DNA of 62,912 nucleotides from an uncultured Oscillospiraceae bacterium (GTDB lineage Bacteria; Bacillota; Clostridia; Oscillospirales; Ruminococcaceae). The stretch covers positions 1 through 62,912 of the forward strand of contig CBCSOX010000001.1 of NCBI GenBank assembly GCA_965141735.1, written 5' to 3'. A program made the position numbers and the translations under genes. Below, piece after piece: positions 58,582 through 62,912 of this stretch (position 1 is its first letter; the number at the start of each line of letters is the position of its first letter). The notes beneath the pieces are model-generated. The model searched no databases, was not told the origin of the DNA, and saw only the letters and a list, made by a program, of their open reading frames with translations.

Positions 58582-59561
58582 CCGGTCAGTCCAAGAAAAA
58601 ACCAAAATACGAGGCGGTGCTGCTCAAACCGCCCTCCACCTCCCCGCCGAGCACCGGGCCGGATCACTTTATCCCCCCAGCACCCCCGGCCGACTTTTTC
58701 AACACCATCCACCAGGGCGAAGCCACCAACAAGCTCGCCCGCATCAAGACCAAGATCACCGACCCCGGACAACTCGACCTCTACGGCAACGGGGTGGTGA
58801 CCTCGGAGGATTTCAAGGTCTTTATCAAGGAGTACGAAAAGCTCTCGGGCGGGGTGCGCCCCACTGCCAAAAAGCTGCTTGACGCGCTGATCATCACCGC
58901 CACCGAGAGCGGCCAGACCGACACCATGGTGCGGCTCCCCCTCGCCCAGTACATGCAGATGCGGGGGCTACGGGACGTCAAAGAGGCCCGCAAGCAGGTG
59001 CGCCAGGACATCGAGGCGCTCGACGCGATCTCGATCGAGTTCCGGGAAAAGCGGCGGGGCAAAACCGGGGATTACCTCAAGATGAGCATCTCCGGGGGCA
59101 CCAACGGGCTGGTGCGCGGGGTGATCCTCTTTCGGTTCAACACCGATTTTTTCAACGTCATGCTCAACTACCCGGTCATGCCGTTCCCCAAGGAGATTCT
59201 GCGGCTCAACTCCCGCCGCAACCCGAACAGCGAGTTTTTCCTCCGCCGCATCGCCGAGCACAAGAATATGAACATCGGCAAACCCAATGAGGACATCATC
59301 GGGGTCAAAACGCTGCTGCTCTCCTCCCCCGAGCTGCCGCGCTACGCCGACCTGGGGGAAAAGGGACAGGTCTCCCAGCGGATCATCGACCCGTTCGAGC
59401 GGGACATGGACGCGCTCGACATCCTCGAATGGAACTACTGCGGCAAAAACGGAACGCCCTGCGACCCGCCCAAAAGCTACGCCGAGTTTGAGCGCGCGCG
59501 GGTGCGGATCGTGTGGAAAACCTACCCCGAGCGGCTGGACCGGGGAAAAAAGAAAAAATAG
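58578..59561 (+). CDS. Putative replication initiator (Rep_3/winged-helix-like)
   Basis: KKLLDALI...V.LPL.QYM..RG......RKQV...I..L..ISI and FRFN.DF pattern. Downstream of the par genes. Confidence 0.55.
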   Translation: MTGQSKKKPKYEAVLLKPPSTSPPSTGPDHFIPPAPPADFFNTIHQGEATNKLARIKTKITDPGQLDLYGNGVVTSEDFKVFIKEYEKLSGGVRPTAKKLLDALIITATESGQTDTMVRLPLAQYMQMRGLRDVKEARKQVRQDIEALDAISIEFREKRRGKTGDYLKMSISGGTNGLVRGVILFRFNTDFFNVMLNYPVMPFPKEILRLNSRRNPNSEFFLRRIAEHKNMNIGKPNEDIIGVKTLLLSSPELPRYADLGEKGQVSQRIIDPFERDMDALDILEWNYCGKNGTPCDPPKSYAEFERARVRIVWKTYPERLDRGKKKK

Positions 59562-59998
59562 CTTGCAGGCATTGGGGGAGGGGAGACGTTTTATTCCCAC
59601 CCGGCCGATGCCGTCGAGTCATCCGGGCAGCAGACCGCTGGATGACTCATTTTTTGTTCAAGCTGTTTTATGGTCTGTATTCTGTGTAGTATACATTTTA
59701 TACAGACTGTTAGAAACTGCTTTTAATACGAAAAATCCGGCGCACATGTCGCCGGATTTTTTGGCGTTACATGCCGGATTTCCAGCATGTGCGGAGGGGT
59801 TGCTCAAAGGGGCGCCCAAAAGACACGCTCATACAGTGGAATGGCTTGCCGGCAAATCCGGCTGTGCTCTGCGGAAGGTCTGATTCCCATTTCCCGCTGA
59901 AACGGAATTTGTTGCGGGTGCAGCCGCCAGGCTACTCCTTCTGCAAAGTTTTTATGTTTATAGTATGTATTCTATGTATTATATGTAGAATACATAAA

Positions 59999-60030
59999 AG
60001 AGTCCCCGCAGAGAACTGCGGGGACTCTCT
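59999..60030. terminator. Hairpin terminator
   Basis: agagtccccgcag-agaa-ctgcggggactct. Confidence 0.7.
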
Positions 60031-60040
60031 TGCTCTGACC

Positions 60041-60433
60041 TCAGGTTGTCGCGGATTCAATGTACTTGACCGCAAGCACGCCAGAGGTATCCTCCGGCGG
60101 GAGGGTGTCGGCGTAGATGTAGACCAAGTAAGGATAGCGGAGTTTCGCCGGATCTCCCTTCTGCCGGAAGGGGAGGGTCCCGTTGGTGTCGATCCCACCG
60201 CTCGCCGCGACATCTACCGTGTAAATTTTATCATTGAGCGCCTCATTGTCGGGCAGCTTGACCTGCATCTCCACCGTTCCCTCCTGCTCGCTGTAGGAGA
60301 GCAGGAGTGCTCCATACATGATAGGCGTCCCCTTGAGCATCCGGTTTCCAGCCACGAGCAGGAGAAAGATGCTCAGCGCGGCGAGCAGCACCGCAATCAG
60401 GATGCGCTTGATCAAAGAGGACTTGCTTTTCAT
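60041..60433 (-). CDS. Small membrane-anchored hypothetical protein
   Basis: AGGAGG RBS, single N-terminal TM. Confidence 0.7.
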   Translation of the reverse strand: MKSKSSLIKRILIAVLLAALSIFLLLVAGNRMLKGTPIMYGALLLSYSEQEGTVEMQVKLPDNEALNDKIYTVDVAASGGIDTNGTLPFRQKGDPAKLRYPYLVYIYADTLPPEDTSGVLAVKYIESATT

Positions 60434-60445
60434 TCGTCCCACCTC

Positions 60446-61231
60446 CTACCCAGACAACTGCTTTCGGCCGTTCTTCCTCTGTAAAGCCAAACAGACTATA
60501 GAGACCATAGATGAATAGGGGTAATACGCCACCGCAAACTCAGTGGATTCATAATTGGTAAAGTTGTTCCAGTTACCAATGTGATAATAGGTATTGTGCC
60601 GGGATTGATAATAATATGGCTCAGATACCGTATGTCTTCTGTCCTTATAGATATGAGCTAACGCTTCTGCGCGGTTTCCCATAACATATCCATAGTTGGC
60701 TGCAGCAGTACAGAAGCGTACAGCCGCATCATAGATACCCGGAGGGTACTGTGCAAAGTAGAAACCCAATCCCTGCATAAAGCTCACAACAGTATCGACT
60801 GCCAGCTGATTTAGGGTTTCACTTTCATACGTTTCATGCACAAATTGCCAATCACTCCAGGTCCCCCATTTGTCCGAATAACGGAACAGGCTGAAGGGCG
60901 GGTCGGCAATGCTGATTTCCTCGGTATACTCGGGAATTCTAGTCTCAACCAACACCCCGTCATGATAGGTTTCCACCTTTTTGATCACGCCGTTGGTGAC
61001 GGTTGTTTTGATTTCAACAGGAATATGATTTTGCTCAAACGCAATGGATTCGATTGAAGTGCTTGCAGAAAGAATTTCAGTGGTATAGACCGGGCTTTTT
61101 GTGATGCCCACAGCCGCTTCCTCGGCGCTGACCGCGGGCGCGGGCTGTGCCGCGAGGGTGGGGATTGCAAACGCGAGCAGCATACAGATTGATAACAAAA
61201 GACTGACTGATTGTCTGATCTTCTTTTTCAT
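60446..61231 (-). CDS. Secreted hypothetical protein
   Basis: Signal peptide MKKKIRQSVSLLLSICMLLAFAIPTLA, Tyr-rich lower-GC body. Confidence 0.7.
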   Translation of the reverse strand: MKKKIRQSVSLLLSICMLLAFAIPTLAAQPAPAVSAEEAAVGITKSPVYTTEILSASTSIESIAFEQNHIPVEIKTTVTNGVIKKVETYHDGVLVETRIPEYTEEISIADPPFSLFRYSDKWGTWSDWQFVHETYESETLNQLAVDTVVSFMQGLGFYFAQYPPGIYDAAVRFCTAAANYGYVMGNRAEALAHIYKDRRHTVSEPYYYQSRHNTYYHIGNWNNFTNYESTEFAVAYYPYSSMVSIVCLALQRKNGRKQLSG

Positions 61232-61393
61232 AAAAACACTTAATTTTATAGAAATGATTTATAAATAGAACATTGGAACCACCTATTTTCAAAAATTTTT
61301 ATTATTGCTATTGTATTTTTATATTAGCATATATTTACTTAATTATAAACTATTTATTGTATTTTTTGTTAAATTTACCTTATTTTAATTGTA

Positions 61394-61466
61394 TCTTCTC
61401 AACTACAGTTCTCGCCTGTAGTTGAGAAGACATAACAAAACTGCCGCATTTTTGCGGCAGTTTTGT
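61394..61466. terminator. Two adjacent hairpins downstream of the GYF_2 gene
   Basis: tcttctcaactacag..ctgtagttgagaaga and caaaactgccgca..tgcggcagttttg. Confidence 0.65.
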
Positions 61467-61508
61467 CTCAGGTGTTGCCTCTGTTTGAGGTAAGAAAAAT
61501 CGGTAGAA

Positions 61509-62033
61509 TTAATAAACAAAAATCACCTGGTAGACCATGGGGATCAGATAGATGATCAGGGCGATCACGGCAATGGAATCATATTTGCGAATCGCGGATG
61601 CCCGCACAAATAGGTACACCACAGGCAGGATGCAGAACCACAGATATTTTTTTGGAAACAAGCGGCCTTTTTGCCCTAACCTTTTGATGTCCCAAGAACC
61701 AATCAGCGCATCGATTGCGAACAAGACAGCACAAAACAGCAGGGCGGACAGCATTGTGGTCAGCGGAGGAATGATGTGCAGAAAGAGTGTATCGCAGGCG
61801 TTCAAACAAAGCCCCACAACAAAAAGCCAAGCAAAAATATTATCTTTTTGCGTCAACGGGGCTGATAAAATCTCCTGTGCCAGGCTTGACTGGCTAAAAG
61901 ACTTCCAGCCATTGGAACCATCCTGGCAAGTTTTTGTCAGCAGGGTCACCGTCCCGTCCCAATAAAGTTCCTTCATTTGCTGTTCAGTAAACGGCCCGTA
62001 AACCTGTTTTTGCTTTAAATACCACCAATTCAT
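61509..62033 (-). CDS. GYF_2 (DUF4339) domain membrane protein
   Basis: WWY......GPFT...M..L...G.V...T......W, followed by TM segments and PVVYLFVRA. Confidence 0.8.
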   Translation of the reverse strand: MNWWYLKQKQVYGPFTEQQMKELYWDGTVTLLTKTCQDGSNGWKSFSQSSLAQEILSAPLTQKDNIFAWLFVVGLCLNACDTLFLHIIPPLTTMLSALLFCAVLFAIDALIGSWDIKRLGQKGRLFPKKYLWFCILPVVYLFVRASAIRKYDSIAVIALIIYLIPMVYQVIFVY

Positions 62034-62336
62034 ACGGCTTCCTCACAATTAAAGTTTTTTTCATTCTACCACATCAACAAGGAAAAGGCAAAATTAGGCT
62101 GATGTCCGCCATTTAAAACATATAAGACAAGCCCTTTCGCTTCATCAAACGAATTCGGCCCTGTATTGAATCCTTGCTTTTGCGGGAAAAGGCTTTCCAG
62201 AATGTCCTTTTTGAGCTATAATAAAAGAATCATCGATGCATCAAAAAGAGTGATAAAAAACTACCCGTTTTATAGAAATGAAAATCTATCTTGTAGAGTT
62301 CACAATTGTGTATCCCTGAATTGGAGGATTTGTAAA

Positions 62337-62876
62337 ATGGATTGGTGGTATCAGCAGGACGGCAATGTAATCGGCCCATGTTCTGAAGAAAAGATGGAAC
62401 AGCTTTTGAAAAACAACGAACTAGCACCAGAGACATTGGTCCGAAATGAAGAAATGGAGAATTGGCAACCAGTTTCAAAAGCATATCGATCAGGCAAGCC
62501 TCTTTTCGAAGCAGGGAAGGGGCCCAAGACGCGGGTGTTTTTTTTATGGTGCATGGTGCTTGCACCAGCTCTCACCGGATTCATGAACACAATACTACTG
62601 CCCCGTCCTCCGGTCTTTTCCTTCAACGTGGCAGTCACGATACTTGTGTACGGAATTTTATTTTACGGCTTCTGTATCCTGCAGGATATGCGGCTTTTGG
62701 AAAAGCAACAGTATCCTACAAAAAAGTGGTGGCTGCTGCTCGTTTTGTGCCCCCCGGCCTATCTATTTGTCCGCGCCCATCAAACAGACAAAAAATATCT
62801 TCCGGCTATTGTGGATTGTATTTCTATTTCTCTGTTCAATCTCTTGGCTTTTTTCCGTTCTGTCAAGTGGTTTTGA
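62337..62876 (+). CDS. GYF_2 (DUF4339) domain membrane protein
   Basis: GGAGG RBS, WWY......GP.S...M..L......ETLV...M.NW, PPAYLFVRA. Confidence 0.8.
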   Translation: MDWWYQQDGNVIGPCSEEKMEQLLKNNELAPETLVRNEEMENWQPVSKAYRSGKPLFEAGKGPKTRVFFLWCMVLAPALTGFMNTILLPRPPVFSFNVAVTILVYGILFYGFCILQDMRLLEKQQYPTKKWWLLLVLCPPAYLFVRAHQTDKKYLPAIVDCISISLFNLLAFFRSVKWF

Positions 62877-62912
62877 GATACTTTTTGAAAAATCTCCAAA
62901 GCGCATAGCTGT

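Larger units (their letters stand above)
43484..60030. mobile_element. Putative integrated plasmid-like element (tyrosine recombinase ... ParA/adaptor/Rep), boundaries approximate
   Basis: Recombinase and parA promoters share a 20-bp motif, and 9-bp-period arrays recur from 43.5 to 60.0 kb. No att sites identified. Confidence 0.5.

Overview
GC-rich window from a gut-type Clostridia/Oscillospiraceae-like Firmicute, entirely accessory, in five blocks. (1) 1-12.4 kb, minus strand: a siphophage-type tail operon (tail terminator, tube, two chaperones, tape measure, Dit, Tal, Ig-like and repeat fibre proteins) with no terminase, portal or capsid. Only a truncated scaffold gene remains of the head module. 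It lies behind an ArpU-like activator and a UviA/BotR/TcdR-like sigma factor, so it is a candidate F-type tailocin or a decayed prophage. (2) 13.7-34.9 kb: a Wzx/Wzy polysaccharide locus (PglE/C/D-like start, seven GTs, EpsG, pyruvyltransferase, flippase, Ugd, CapEFG/FnlABC). (3) 35.4-42.9 kb: an RRE(PqqD) / HPrK-like kinase / soluble S26 peptidase / nucleotidyltransferase / ABC exporter cassette with no cyclase. It is divergent from a large secreted repeat protein and a 44-aa ORF missing from the ORF track (42759-42893) that carries a YxxPxL RRE-binding leader. This is the best candidate for an undescribed RiPP-like system. (4) about 43.5-60 kb: a tyrosine recombinase and a ParA/adaptor/Rep_3-like module that share a promoter motif and dispersed 9-bp-period TGTA arrays, one of them inside the adaptor gene. 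They bracket cargo (GH106 + AraC, and a low-GC secreted-protein/ABC module flanked by twin palindromes). (5) 60-62.9 kb: secreted/membrane genes and two divergent GYF_2 paralogs. No rRNA, tRNA or CRISPR array was seen. All calls are by eye, with no database searches.
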